Source: Leptogorgia sarmentosa (Eukaryota). From it: a DNA stretch of 64,000 nucleotides. The notes beneath the pieces were generated by a model that searched no databases, was not told where the DNA came from, and worked only from the letters and a program-made list of their open reading frames with translations. The stretch lies in assembly GCA_964658305.1 (NCBI GenBank), contig OZ210885.1, forward strand, positions 6,758,001 to 6,822,000, read 5' to 3'. Below, piece by piece: positions 40,821 to 50,868 of this stretch; position 1 is the first letter of the stretch, and each line of letters opens with the position of its first letter. The position numbers were made by a program, and so were the translations under genes.

Positions 40821-41360
40821 TCAATACTTCCACATCCAATATTGCTCGAACCAGTGTAGATATGCCTCTACCTCAACACGAGGACAGTGTTTGTAAGTTT
40901 CATTTTTGTTTTTAAGGAGTGTATGTTGTCCACAACGCTCCAACCAAGGCATTTCATGATAAATATTTTCAGCTTTTGGGCAACCAATAAGCTCTAAGTT
41001 GAATGACGGTATGTTCAATTTATCGAGCAGTGTTTTTTCAAACGATCCCCCTTTATAGGCGATGACACTGTTGCTATCTATACGATAGGCATCGTAAAAT
41101 CTTTGCACAATAACGTTTACCATCTCTTGATCCATAGCTTTATTATCCCCCAATGACAGACCAGGGATGTATTCCTGCACATATTTCACTTGGATTTGAT
41201 CCTTTGCATTTAAATTTTGATAACATAATGGTGTGTTAAAGTGAAACGATGTTCCATATGTGTCGCCATGTGTTATGAGTCCAAGTTCGCGACAAAAAAA
41301 GGTTTTTTGTATACAAAAGCCATCTAAATCGATTATCCCGATAATATTCATTTTGCCCAA
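40821..41360 (-). CDS. DEDD-like 3'-5' exonuclease-fold accessory protein
   Basis: GIIDLDGF...RELG...AYKGG...HCP..EV pattern. Confidence 0.6.
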   Translation of the reverse strand: MGKMNIIGIIDLDGFCIQKTFFCRELGLITHGDTYGTSFHFNTPLCYQNLNAKDQIQVKYVQEYIPGLSLGDNKAMDQEMVNVIVQRFYDAYRIDSNSVIAYKGGSFEKTLLDKLNIPSFNLELIGCPKAENIYHEMPWLERCGQHTLLKNKNETYKHCPRVEVEAYLHWFEQYWMWKY

Positions 41361-41400
41361 TGATCTTTGCGCTCGCTCTTAAATACCCTTTTATGCGTGG

Positions 41401-41550
41401 TTATTTTGCGTGCGGTTAGCGTTCTTGCGGTTATTTTGCGTGCGGTTAGCGTTCTTGCGGTTATTTTGCGTGCGGTTAGCGTTCTTGCGGTTATTTTGCG
41501 TGCGGTTAGTGTTTTTGCGGTTATTTTGCGTGCGGTTAGTCTTCTTGCGG
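41401..41550. repeat. 30-bp tandem repeat x5 in a divergent intergenic region
   Basis: Unit TTATTTTGCGTGCGGTTAGCGTTCTTGCGG. Confidence 0.95.
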
Positions 41551-41615
41551 TTATTTAACCTACGGGTTTTAAGTATTTAAGCTTTACTAAATTGTTGTTT
41601 TGTTTCATTTTACAG

Positions 41616-42167
41616 ATGTATCTCGCGATGAGTTTTTCACGATGTGTTGTCGTAAACGTGAGCGAATATATGTGGGAACGCATACTACCCTACATGATAA
41701 AAAAGAGTGATAAATATTGGTGGGTTGCAACCATGAAAAACGAACCCTACAAACCAGATAGTGACATTATACATAAACATGTTACTTTACATATCTGGTG
41801 GGACGATGGTAAGAATTTCTCCGCAACACCACTACGTTCCCGAATTAAAAGAGTGAAACAGAAGGTGATTAAAGATGACAAAATACCTGAAGATGTTAAG
41901 GAGTGCACGTTAGCATTCAAACTTTCACGGAGCCGTCAAACAAAGCATATTCTCAGCGACCTGGTTGCATCCATAGCGAAACATAGCACGGGCTATAGTA
42001 ATGTTCCAGCAGAGCTGAAAACCTACCTAACAAGTCTAATGCATAACATGCACTATACACCACCATGCATTGCCACAATCACACAGCAATTAAGTGCAAT
42101 CACACAAAAAGTTGAGGCGATCAAAAAGGGGTTACCAGATGAATCAACCACATCGCAATTTGTGTAG
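41616..42167 (+). CDS. Polinton accessory protein, unknown function
   Basis: 183-aa ORF from an ATG preceded by a polypyrimidine tract and CAG. Confidence 0.6.
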   Translation: MYLAMSFSRCVVVNVSEYMWERILPYMIKKSDKYWWVATMKNEPYKPDSDIIHKHVTLHIWWDDGKNFSATPLRSRIKRVKQKVIKDDKIPEDVKECTLAFKLSRSRQTKHILSDLVASIAKHSTGYSNVPAELKTYLTSLMHNMHYTPPCIATITQQLSAITQKVEAIKKGLPDESTTSQFV

Positions 42168-42400
42168 TGATGCCTGAAAAGCTTTTTGTTAAGCCTTTGA
42201 AAATTGGTGAAGTACGGAGAACACCTCCGTTTTTTTCTACATACGTTTCTGGACCTGAATTTATTCTTGGACCTGGATGTACACTTTTTTAAACATTTGT
42301 AAAATATTGTAAACACACATTAAAGTTTTTAAACATTTTATTGAAGGACCTGGATGTACACTTTTTTAAACATTTGTAAAATATTGTAAACACACATTAA

Positions 42401-45234
42401 CCCTTTATTTGGCAATTATTTAAAAGTCAGTTTAAAAATTAATTTTTGCTTAATTTAGGCTTTTTATGGCTAAGAAACATGGTTGGTGAAATAATTTTTT
42501 TTTTCATGAATATCCGGGGGGTGCTGTAATTTGTTGCCATATGGCAACATTGCCAAGAACCGGATAGAGAAAATTAATATTTTACACAATTATAACCATT
42601 TGACCTACTTCAAGTAGGCTATATTTTTTAACAATGTATAATGTTATACCTAAAATACACTGGAGATAAAACTCTAATAAGCTATATTGTATAATTTAAC
42701 TCTTAAAACGTCCGTATAAAAAGTATCAAAATACACAAATAATGTAACAAAATTCTAGTAAAGTTCAATTTCTATGTGTTCATAATACATTGTGAAAATC
42801 AATGAATTTAACTCTTAAAACGTTCTACATAGTGAAAAATGTATCAAACAACTTGTTCATTTGCTATTTGTTCATAAGCCATTGTGAAAGTCAATGAAAC
42901 AATTTCTTTGTCCTGTAAGGCAAATGCAAACCTTGCATTTACTACAGTGCACCTTAGAGTATCCAGTTTTGCACATTCGACACCGTCCTTTCTCCCTGTA
43001 AACTGGCCAATGCCCAAACTGGTCAGTTCGAATAACTTCATCAGGGGAGGGTGTGACGGGTTTCCTTCCCGGCTTAGAATTACATGCTACCTCAATGCTT
43101 TTTCTCTTTGCTGGTCTTCCAGGTTTGCCATTGGAAGATTCAGGAGGCAGCACTTTATTTACATGAATAAGTGAATCTGCTAATAGAAGGGAAAACTTTA
43201 GAAGGGATTTCTGATTCTTCTTAGGGATACCCTGCTCATCACAATGACGTCTGTATAAGATCCAAGCGTTGACTTTGCATATATCAATACAATGCCAGAA
43301 AACCTTGATGTACCATCGACGGGTTTTTACAACAATGCGGTACAAAGCGATAAACATGTCCGCAAGGTCAACGCCCCCCATTCCACCATTGTAACATTTT
43401 ACAATTTGTGGACATGGTATAGGTACTCGTTTCTTGTCTTTGGAACTCCATCTCTCCACTGAGGCAAGTGGCTCAACACCGACGAAGTTGGATACCAGGT
43501 GAACAGGGCCATTGTCAAACCATTTAACAATGATAATATCAGAATTAGCATCTGAGCGGTAGTCAATACTGCCACGACCAGCACTCTTCAGATCTTTGTT
43601 ACTCTTGAGTGGGCACTTCTGTAGGCGATTTGATCTCAATGTGCCACATGCAAGTATACCCACTTGTTGTAAATACAGAAGTAGATCAAGGGTGGTGAAC
43701 CAGTTGTCGAAGTAAAGCTTATGACCAGAATTAGGAGGCAACGCTTCACACAACTTCACAACAATTTTGGCAGATTTCTGCAGATTTTGGGCACCTTCAC
43801 TTACTTCAGTTGTCGAATCTTTTCCAGAATATATGAAGAAGTCGCACATAAATCCCGACGAACCAGCACGAACAAGGTTTTTAAAACCCCACTTCACAGG
43901 CTTCTTTGGGTTGTATTGTCGAATTCTGCTGTATTTTGTTTTGGAAGGAATTATTTGCTCATCCACAGAATGGTTCTCTTCTGGTGGAACCTTTCGACAA
44001 TTTGCTGCAACCATTTCAACAATGCACCTAACTTTGAACAGCTTGTCTTCACAATCCTTATCATAGGTCATGTTGTCAACAAAATGCAGGTATCGACGTA
44101 GCTTTTCGAACCTTTTTCTTGGCATAACATCAGCTACTGATGGGTACCGCAACTCCCTAGACCAATAGTGAGTGTAAGATGGAAGGTTCACAACTCCCAT
44201 TTTGATGTGCATTCCTATAAACTGTTCAAGTTCACTATGAGAGGTGTTGATGCTGGCTCCACTTTTCTGAACACTGTAGTCGTTTGTTTGCTGAACAACT
44301 AAGTTTGTAAGTTCCTCCGTCCAAAACTGTTCAAAATAATACAATGCAGAATGCTTCTCGTCTCTTTCTTCGTTTATCTTTTCCATTTCAAAGTTTACAG
44401 TTTGAAAGGTAATGTCTGTTTTTTTCCAACGAAACACATGCTCACTCTTAGGATTATGATCTTCATCATGGCCGTTATCACCATCATTGCCTTCCTCTTC
44501 TTCGCTACTACTATTGCCCTCCAATGTACAACCTTGCTCTTCTGGTTGGTATATATCATCAAGATCATCCTCATCTGAGCTCATATCAGACAACTCTGAA
44601 TCGTTGCCACTCATAATCATTGATAGTGCATCAACAGCACTAAACGTCTCAGAAGTTGCCATATTTTTAGCTTATCTGCACAACATAATGCCAAAAACTT
44701 GGTCATCAGAATAAAATCAGTTCATATATTGTAATATTCAAAATAATGTTCAAGAATAGACTGAATAGTATCGTCAATCTGTTGTATTTTATCAAATAAA
44801 ACATGTATTTGGTAGATAAACATGTTTGAAAATGACTAATGCCTTTTTACCATTTCTTGGCAATGTTGCCATACAGCAACAAATAGATTTTTAGCTGTAT
44901 CGCAATGATCATATATCGTTTCATACTTTCAAAATTGCTCATCGAAATATGTACCTTATACCCGTCAAAACGTTTTAAAAACCAAACAAATAAAAACTAA
45001 AAACCCCAAAATTTAAATGAATCAACATCTCGTACCTTGCATAGCAAAAATCAGTCGAACAATGCCTTTATTTTCCCTCACAACATGAACTCATTCTAAA
45101 CCTATGGCAGCCATTTTGAAAAATGTGCTTGCAGCTTGTGATGTGTTGTGGGATATATTGATTTAGTTGCATAGCAACAGCAGCAGATAGCGATTTGCAT
45201 TTGTTGCCATACGGCAACTGTGCCAAATAAAGGG
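42401..45234 (-). mobile_element. piggyBac transposon nested in the Polinton
   Basis: Perfect 14-bp TIR CCCTTTATTTGGCA. TTAA at 42397-42400 and 45235-45238. Internal TTGTTGCCATAYGGCAAC-type repeats at ~42530, ~44860 and ~45200. Confidence 0.97.
42872..44662 (-). CDS. piggyBac transposase, intact ORF
   Basis: SVDEQ, YFDNWFT, GGVDLAD catalytic motifs; acidic N-terminus; C-terminal Cys-rich domain; 596 aa. Confidence 0.96.
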   Translation of the reverse strand: MATSETFSAVDALSMIMSGNDSELSDMSSDEDDLDDIYQPEEQGCTLEGNSSSEEEEGNDGDNGHDEDHNPKSEHVFRWKKTDITFQTVNFEMEKINEERDEKHSALYYFEQFWTEELTNLVVQQTNDYSVQKSGASINTSHSELEQFIGMHIKMGVVNLPSYTHYWSRELRYPSVADVMPRKRFEKLRRYLHFVDNMTYDKDCEDKLFKVRCIVEMVAANCRKVPPEENHSVDEQIIPSKTKYSRIRQYNPKKPVKWGFKNLVRAGSSGFMCDFFIYSGKDSTTEVSEGAQNLQKSAKIVVKLCEALPPNSGHKLYFDNWFTTLDLLLYLQQVGILACGTLRSNRLQKCPLKSNKDLKSAGRGSIDYRSDANSDIIIVKWFDNGPVHLVSNFVGVEPLASVERWSSKDKKRVPIPCPQIVKCYNGGMGGVDLADMFIALYRIVVKTRRWYIKVFWHCIDICKVNAWILYRRHCDEQGIPKKNQKSLLKFSLLLADSLIHVNKVLPPESSNGKPGRPAKRKSIEVACNSKPGRKPVTPSPDEVIRTDQFGHWPVYREKGRCRMCKTGYSKVHCSKCKVCICLTGQRNCFIDFHNGL

Positions 45235-45252
45235 TTAAAGTTTTTAAACATT

Positions 45253-47499
45253 TTATTGAATTCCTGATAAATCTGGTATTTGTACAGCATTGAATGTTAG
45301 AACTGATTCATTACCAATTTCCGCTGAGGGTTTTAGTTGTTTAAATTGTATAGAGTAAGCAATAGGAGGGGTCTGTTTTCCTACAGCAATTGGTATTGGG
45401 TAAAGAAACATGTGATTGAGGAGATATCTTTTTCCAAAGGTAGCGTTGGCGGATGTTTGTTTTTTGTCTTTGTATTTTATTGTACCCAAGGACTTTGTGG
45501 TTGTTGTCGTTGCGTTACTTCTGTATAGAGTCAAACGAAACTGTACTTCAAAATCGGTACTGATGGTACTGTCGGTGTCAAATGTATGGGTTAACAAAGT
45601 TATACGTAAGGGATCACCACTGGTAATAGGGTATACAGGTCTGGGATATCCGTTGGCAATTTCTTTTGCTCTACACCACCCGTCTGCATATTGAGTGGGT
45701 GATGTGTAATATATGGTGTTCATGACTGTAGTGCTGAATGTATTTTCAACATATTTTAGTATAACTTTTGCCATATATAATTGAGCGGAGGGTAGTATGT
45801 TTTCCTCAGATATTCTTAAATTGTCATTTGCAAGAATAGTTCCATCCGACTGTTCGAATCCCGCGAGAAGAGTGTTTCCTCTCATAACACCTCTAACCTT
45901 TTGTCTTTCAAAGTCTTTGTGATAGGGAAAATGGAGTTTATCTGTGAGATTTGCTGCGGTGTACTGATTGAAGGATAATTGGTCAAATATATATCCACCG
46001 TAAATATTCAGTTTCATTTTACCGTTAGGTAACTTGTTACTATAGTATTCAAGTATAACGGTATTTTCGTTAAATCTCACATCAGTTATAGAGACCCATG
46101 CTAGATAGTAATTGTACGTTTTCCTATTGTACCCCACCACAGCTCCTAAATGTTTTATGGAACCATTTTGTCCTATACCCCCACTGTCTTCAACGATCAG
46201 TGTTACAGATTTTAGCGCAGCATTATTAGGGTCCTCAGTAGCGAATATCATACCGAATGGTGGAACGCTACTGTATATCGCTGTGAACCCAACCTCTGTT
46301 GTCGCACCACTACCAGCATCTTGGGTTATTTCAATAGGGGCACGTGAACCCAAAATTGGGACCGTTTCACTTGTAGCACTTTTTGTTACTTGGAGATTAG
46401 TTCCATAACCCCTATTCCCAGGTGCGTCTGAACCCGAATCTTCAAATTCAAAGGATTGAAAAGTACCTGAGGGGTACGTCACATTTTGAAAGTTTTTATT
46501 CACTAAAATGAGCTGCTTTTTTGTGGTGGGGTCCAAAACACCTGTATCCCCTTTATCTCCTTTATCCCCCTGTAGTCCACGCGGTCCTGTTGGACCCATA
46601 GGTCCCGATGGACCTTCAGCTCCGGTGTTTCCAGTATTTCCTGTAGGACCTATATTTCCTTTAGGTCCTTGATTTCCTTGATCTCCTTTTGGACCTTTCT
46701 GTCTGCGTAATCCCTGGGGACCTTGATTTCCTGTAGGTCCTGTAGGTCCAGCAGGCCCCTGGGGACCTTGCGCTCCGTTGTTACCATCACTTCCTGGGGG
46801 TCCTCTATCCCCTCTATCTCCTTTTGGTCCTTTCGGACCTATTGGACCTTGCGGGCCTGTATTTCCAGCAGGACCTGTTAAACCACGAGGGCCTGTGTTT
46901 CCTGTATGACCCGGATCACCTTTAGCTCCTTTAGGGCCTGGGTTTCCTTGGGGACCTGTTTGTCCTGTACTCCCTTTAGGTCCTGTAGGACCTTGCGAAC
47001 CCGTAGCACCACTAGGTCCGGGGGGTCCTCGCTGTCCTTGTGCTCCTTGCAATCCGGGGGGTCCTTGATCACCAGTGTCTCCCTTATCCCCTTTGTTGGC
47101 AGCCGTACCAGGAATCCCTTGAGGTCCTTGAGGGCCTTCACGCCCACGGGCTCCGTCGTTTCCGCTTAACCCCTGTATTCCTCGAGGCCCTTGCTGCCCT
47201 GTAGGCCCGGGAGGACCCTGAATACCATCATTCCCTTTATCCCCTTTTCCTCCTTTAGGCCCAGGCGGTCCTTTAGGACCAGGAGGTCCACGAGGTCCTA
47301 CGTTTCCGGTGTGTCCCGTGTCGCCCTTATCTCCTTTAGGTCCTGTGGGCCCTTGAGGTCCTGTGGGTCCCCTAGGACCTGGGGTGCCATCACCACCCCC
47401 ACCACCACCACCCCCACCACTTTTAGAGGTTTTTGGTTTGTAATCATATTCGTAACCAAAATTGAGGTTACCGCTTGTATATGGATATCCTCTCTTCAT
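45253..47499 (-). CDS. Collagen-repeat protein, putative virion fibre
   Basis: About 95 Gly-X-Y triplets with two imperfections (ANK, RQK), no signal peptide, and a ~420-aa non-collagen C-terminal region. Confidence 0.85.
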   Translation of the reverse strand: MKRGYPYTSGNLNFGYEYDYKPKTSKSGGGGGGGGGDGTPGPRGPTGPQGPTGPKGDKGDTGHTGNVGPRGPPGPKGPPGPKGGKGDKGNDGIQGPPGPTGQQGPRGIQGLSGNDGARGREGPQGPQGIPGTAANKGDKGDTGDQGPPGLQGAQGQRGPPGPSGATGSQGPTGPKGSTGQTGPQGNPGPKGAKGDPGHTGNTGPRGLTGPAGNTGPQGPIGPKGPKGDRGDRGPPGSDGNNGAQGPQGPAGPTGPTGNQGPQGLRRQKGPKGDQGNQGPKGNIGPTGNTGNTGAEGPSGPMGPTGPRGLQGDKGDKGDTGVLDPTTKKQLILVNKNFQNVTYPSGTFQSFEFEDSGSDAPGNRGYGTNLQVTKSATSETVPILGSRAPIEITQDAGSGATTEVGFTAIYSSVPPFGMIFATEDPNNAALKSVTLIVEDSGGIGQNGSIKHLGAVVGYNRKTYNYYLAWVSITDVRFNENTVILEYYSNKLPNGKMKLNIYGGYIFDQLSFNQYTAANLTDKLHFPYHKDFERQKVRGVMRGNTLLAGFEQSDGTILANDNLRISEENILPSAQLYMAKVILKYVENTFSTTVMNTIYYTSPTQYADGWCRAKEIANGYPRPVYPITSGDPLRITLLTHTFDTDSTISTDFEVQFRLTLYRSNATTTTTKSLGTIKYKDKKQTSANATFGKRYLLNHMFLYPIPIAVGKQTPPIAYSIQFKQLKPSAEIGNESVLTFNAVQIPDLSGIQ

Positions 47500-47603
47500 T
47501 ACGTATGGAATGTAAATAAAGAGAGTGTTACAAAAGCGGGGGTTTTATGATATATGTAGGTCTGTATTTAGCATAGCTATTCATTTTACTATAAGCTGTC
47601 AAG

Positions 47604-47864
47604 ATGACAATTGATTTGGACTTCTATCTAGAGGGGGAGATTTTATTAAGTATCAACATGTGTAGAGTGAATTTTGCTAACGTAGTTTGTGAAAATATTC
47701 CAAATGAGGAGCTAGATGAGAACTGTATTTACGATGAGGAGACAGAGGATGCGATATATGTGGACAAAATAATGGTTAAAAGAATTTGGGATAGTTGTTT
47801 TAGATGTGGATACATTCGACAACCCTTTAGTGTTTGGCCTGACACACTTGTGGTTCACTATTAA
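47604..47864 (+). CDS. Small accessory protein, paralog 1
   Basis: MTIDLDFY...KRIWDSCFRCGY. Confidence 0.65.
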   Translation: MTIDLDFYLEGEILLSINMCRVNFANVVCENIPNEELDENCIYDEETEDAIYVDKIMVKRIWDSCFRCGYIRQPFSVWPDTLVVHY

Positions 47865-48020
47865 CTGTATGTAAATTAACCGTAGGTATTAAAACCTCAT
47901 ATAAAATAACAGCATGTAAATTAACTACCAGTTTTAAAACTGCATATATAATAACCACAATAATTTTGATATAAAGCAAAGCAACTTTATTACAAAAATG
48001 ATTTCTACCTTATTGCAGCA

Positions 48021-48371
48021 ATGACGATTCTGGATTTTTACGTGGACAAAGAAATTGTGATGCGTGTTGAGATACCCCAGGCAGACTATATTAACAAAGT
48101 CTGTGGAAGCATTCCTATTGAGTATTTGTGTAAAAATCACCTCACCAATAGAGAGTTGTGTGAATTTGAGATTGATAATAAAAGGGGTATTTATATGGAG
48201 TTCACAGACAAAAGAATTATTGAGAGGATATGGTATGCCTGTTTTAAACACGGATTTACCAATCAATATTATGACACATGGTGTGATAAAGTTGTGAAAG
48301 GGGGACAGCGTAGTTCCAGACCTCGAAATTTCTCAGGCCCGGAGACGGATAAAGACGTAAAAGCTGAATAA
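48021..48371 (+). CDS. Small accessory protein, paralog 2
   Basis: MTILDFY...ERIWYACFKHGF. Confidence 0.65.
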   Translation: MTILDFYVDKEIVMRVEIPQADYINKVCGSIPIEYLCKNHLTNRELCEFEIDNKRGIYMEFTDKRIIERIWYACFKHGFTNQYYDTWCDKVVKGGQRSSRPRNFSGPETDKDVKAE

Positions 48372-48381
48372 ACTATCTTAG

Positions 48382-48711
48382 TTGTTTTTTGATACTCATA
48401 GGGTAAACATGTTGTACACTGAGTTAAACTTTCGCGATATTTTTTATCATCGTACTTTAGCCCGTATTAATCTTTTAACTACGGATTTTTACACAAAACT
48501 ATGCGCACAGTTATCAGAGTTTGAGATGGATGTAATGAAAAAAGAGATTGAAAAATATGGTATAATTACAGAGAGACCTATTATTAAAAAGATATGGGAT
48601 GCATTACACAAAAATGGATATGTTATAGACTTTCAAGATTTTCTTGGTGATTACGTTGGAATGATAATACTTAATGATAATACATGTAAAATTACATTTA
48701 GTACCGCGTAA
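48382..48711 (+). CDS. Small accessory protein, paralog 3 (start uncertain)
   Basis: KKIWDALHKNGY. Confidence 0.55.
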   Translation: MFFDTHRVNMLYTELNFRDIFYHRTLARINLLTTDFYTKLCAQLSEFEMDVMKKEIEKYGIITERPIIKKIWDALHKNGYVIDFQDFLGDYVGMIILNDNTCKITFSTA

Positions 48712-48713
48712 AC

Positions 48714-48932
48714 ATGGGTAGCGCTAATAGTAAAGGAAAGAAGCGTATAAATAAAGATATTGATAAAAAACAAATGTGTAAATTGGGTGTGACTATGCGT
48801 CGTGGGGACACAAATATTGAGGGTTGTCTTAAGACTGAGTATCACGGGAAAACAAGAAAAAAGTATTTACCTGTTGCCAAGTTACCAACAATTGAGGAGG
48901 AGGGGGAACCCTTTACCATAAAAGAGGACTAA
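48714..48932 (+). CDS. Small basic protein with N-myristoylation motif
   Basis: MGSANSKGKKR matches MGxxxS followed by a polybasic stretch. Confidence 0.5.
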   Translation: MGSANSKGKKRINKDIDKKQMCKLGVTMRRGDTNIEGCLKTEYHGKTRKKYLPVAKLPTIEEEGEPFTIKED

Positions 48933-48963
48933 CATTTTATACCATCTCATTTTTAAAAAGGGG

Positions 48964-50057
48964 ATGGAAGAATACTTATCTAGTGTTTACTATAACCCAA
49001 AACGATCAGGGGGATTTGGTGGGGTGGAACGTTTATACAATGACGTAAAGAAAGATGGGAAGTTTGATATATCACGCGGTAAAATTAAAAAATGGTTAAT
49101 GAGTCAAGATACTTATACACTACATAAACCAGCACGTTGTAGATTTAAACGAAATCGTGTTATTGTTGGTGGTATTGACGAGTTATGGCAAATTCTGAGT
49201 TAAAACGAGTTATGCAAACTGATATGCAACCGTTATCTGGTGAAAATGATGGATACCGATATTTACTTGTATGCATTGATGTGTTTTCAAAATATGCGTG
49301 GATTATACCCCTAAAAACTAAAACAGGAGCTGCATTGGTAGAGGCTTTTAAAGTGATTTTGGAGTCAGGATGAAAACCACAAAAAATTCAAACAGATCAG
49401 GGAACAGAGTTTTTCAATAAACCCTTTAAAGCACTAATGAAAAAGGAGGACATTCAACTTTATAACACTTATAATGAAACAAAAGCATCGGTTGTTGAGC
49501 GCCTTATTCGTACATTAAAAACAAAAATGTGGCGCTTTTTTACAGCTAAGAAAACACGTAGATATATTGATATGTTGGAAAAATTAGCATACTCCTATAA
49601 TCATAGTAAACATCGTAGTATTAAGAAAAAACCTGTGAATGTTACAGTACAAAATGAACAGGAGGTGTGGCACACTCTATACGGTGATCGCCCAGCACGT
49701 AAGAAAAGGGTAAAGTATAAGTTCTCTAAAGGTGATCAAGTACGTATAAGTAAAATGAAGCGTAAATTTGAAAAGGGATACCTCCCCAACTTTTCAAAAG
49801 AAATTTTTACTGTGAGTAAACAAATACCTCGACATCCACCTGTGTATAAACTAAAAGACTATGATCAAGAAGAGCTTGATGGTACATTTTACAATGAGGA
49901 GTTACAAAAAGTTATTAAGGAGGATGATGTGTATGAGGTAGAGGAGATTTTAGAAAAGAAAGGTGGAGGTAAAAATGAGCAATACTTTGTAAAATGGTTG
50001 GGATATCCAGCGAAATTTAATTCGTGGATACCTGCATCTCAATTAAAAAATATTTAA
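48964..50057 (+). pseudogene. Retroviral-like (rve) integrase with C-terminal chromodomain, disrupted
   Basis: YTLHKP, IDVFSKYAW, QTDQGTEF, KASVVER.IRTLK, YFVKWLGYP. Frameshift near 49190-49215 and TGA at 49371-49373. Confidence 0.95.
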
Positions 50058-50107
50058 AAAGCAAATTGTGTGTGTATTTATGTCATTTGTGATCTAACGG
50101 TTTAATC

Positions 50108-50866
50108 ATGAGCACTAGGGAAAATGCCTCCGATTTTTACATTACACTTCCTAGTAATACGTCTGCAGACTCTTTTCCCAGTAACACCCCCTCGGATTAT
50201 ATGTCAAAATTAACCCGACGGATTGAACTAAATGGTGAATGGGAGGCGGCATTACACTCAATATCTTACGTAAAATGGAATACAATAAAGTTAAATGGGG
50301 AGTCTATACATTATACAATAAATGGTACTCGAAAATCCGGATCCCCACTAAAGGGGTACTATACATCCCTTAAAGAGTATGTTACCAATATTAATGCATC
50401 CATTCCTGAAGGGGATAGGGAAAATGTAACATTTACCACCCAATCTGAGAAAGTTACTATTACACTAAAAAGAGGGTGTGAAGTTCATTTACGTCGGGAG
50501 CAAGCTATCATTCTTGGTTTTCTTACGTTTAATGATTCCGATATAGTTAAAAAGATTACTACTACAGAAACCGAAAATCATAAAGCAAATTTACATCGAG
50601 AAACAAATATTCACGTTTACTGTGATATTGTTCATCCGCAAATTGTTGGAAATCAAACAGTACCGTTATTGGGTATTGTACGAGATGAGGGTGAAGATGG
50701 TCGTGAAACGACATACTTTACAAAAAATTTACACTACGTTCCTGTACGTATAAAATCATTTGAAGAGGTGAAGGTTCTTTTAAGGAGTAGCACAAACGAA
50801 CGTATTTCATTTGAGCACGGACATACATCGATAACACTACACTTTCGACAAAAAAGTTACTTTTAA
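50108..50866 (+). CDS. Minor capsid protein (penton)
   Basis: FYITLPSN.S, L.GEWE.AL, VYCDIV.PQIVG, LHF. Position in the capsid cluster. Confidence 0.85.
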   Translation: MSTRENASDFYITLPSNTSADSFPSNTPSDYMSKLTRRIELNGEWEAALHSISYVKWNTIKLNGESIHYTINGTRKSGSPLKGYYTSLKEYVTNINASIPEGDRENVTFTTQSEKVTITLKRGCEVHLRREQAIILGFLTFNDSDIVKKITTTETENHKANLHRETNIHVYCDIVHPQIVGNQTVPLLGIVRDEGEDGRETTYFTKNLHYVPVRIKSFEEVKVLLRSSTNERISFEHGHTSITLHFRQKSYF

Positions 50867-50868
50867 AA

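Noticed and set aside
41367..41558. ORF with VILRAVSVLA repeats
   Set aside because: It is the translation of the 30-bp tandem repeat.
45253..47499. Host extracellular-matrix collagen gene
   Set aside because: Intronless, no signal peptide, no recognisable COLFI/NC1 domain, and located inside the TIRs.
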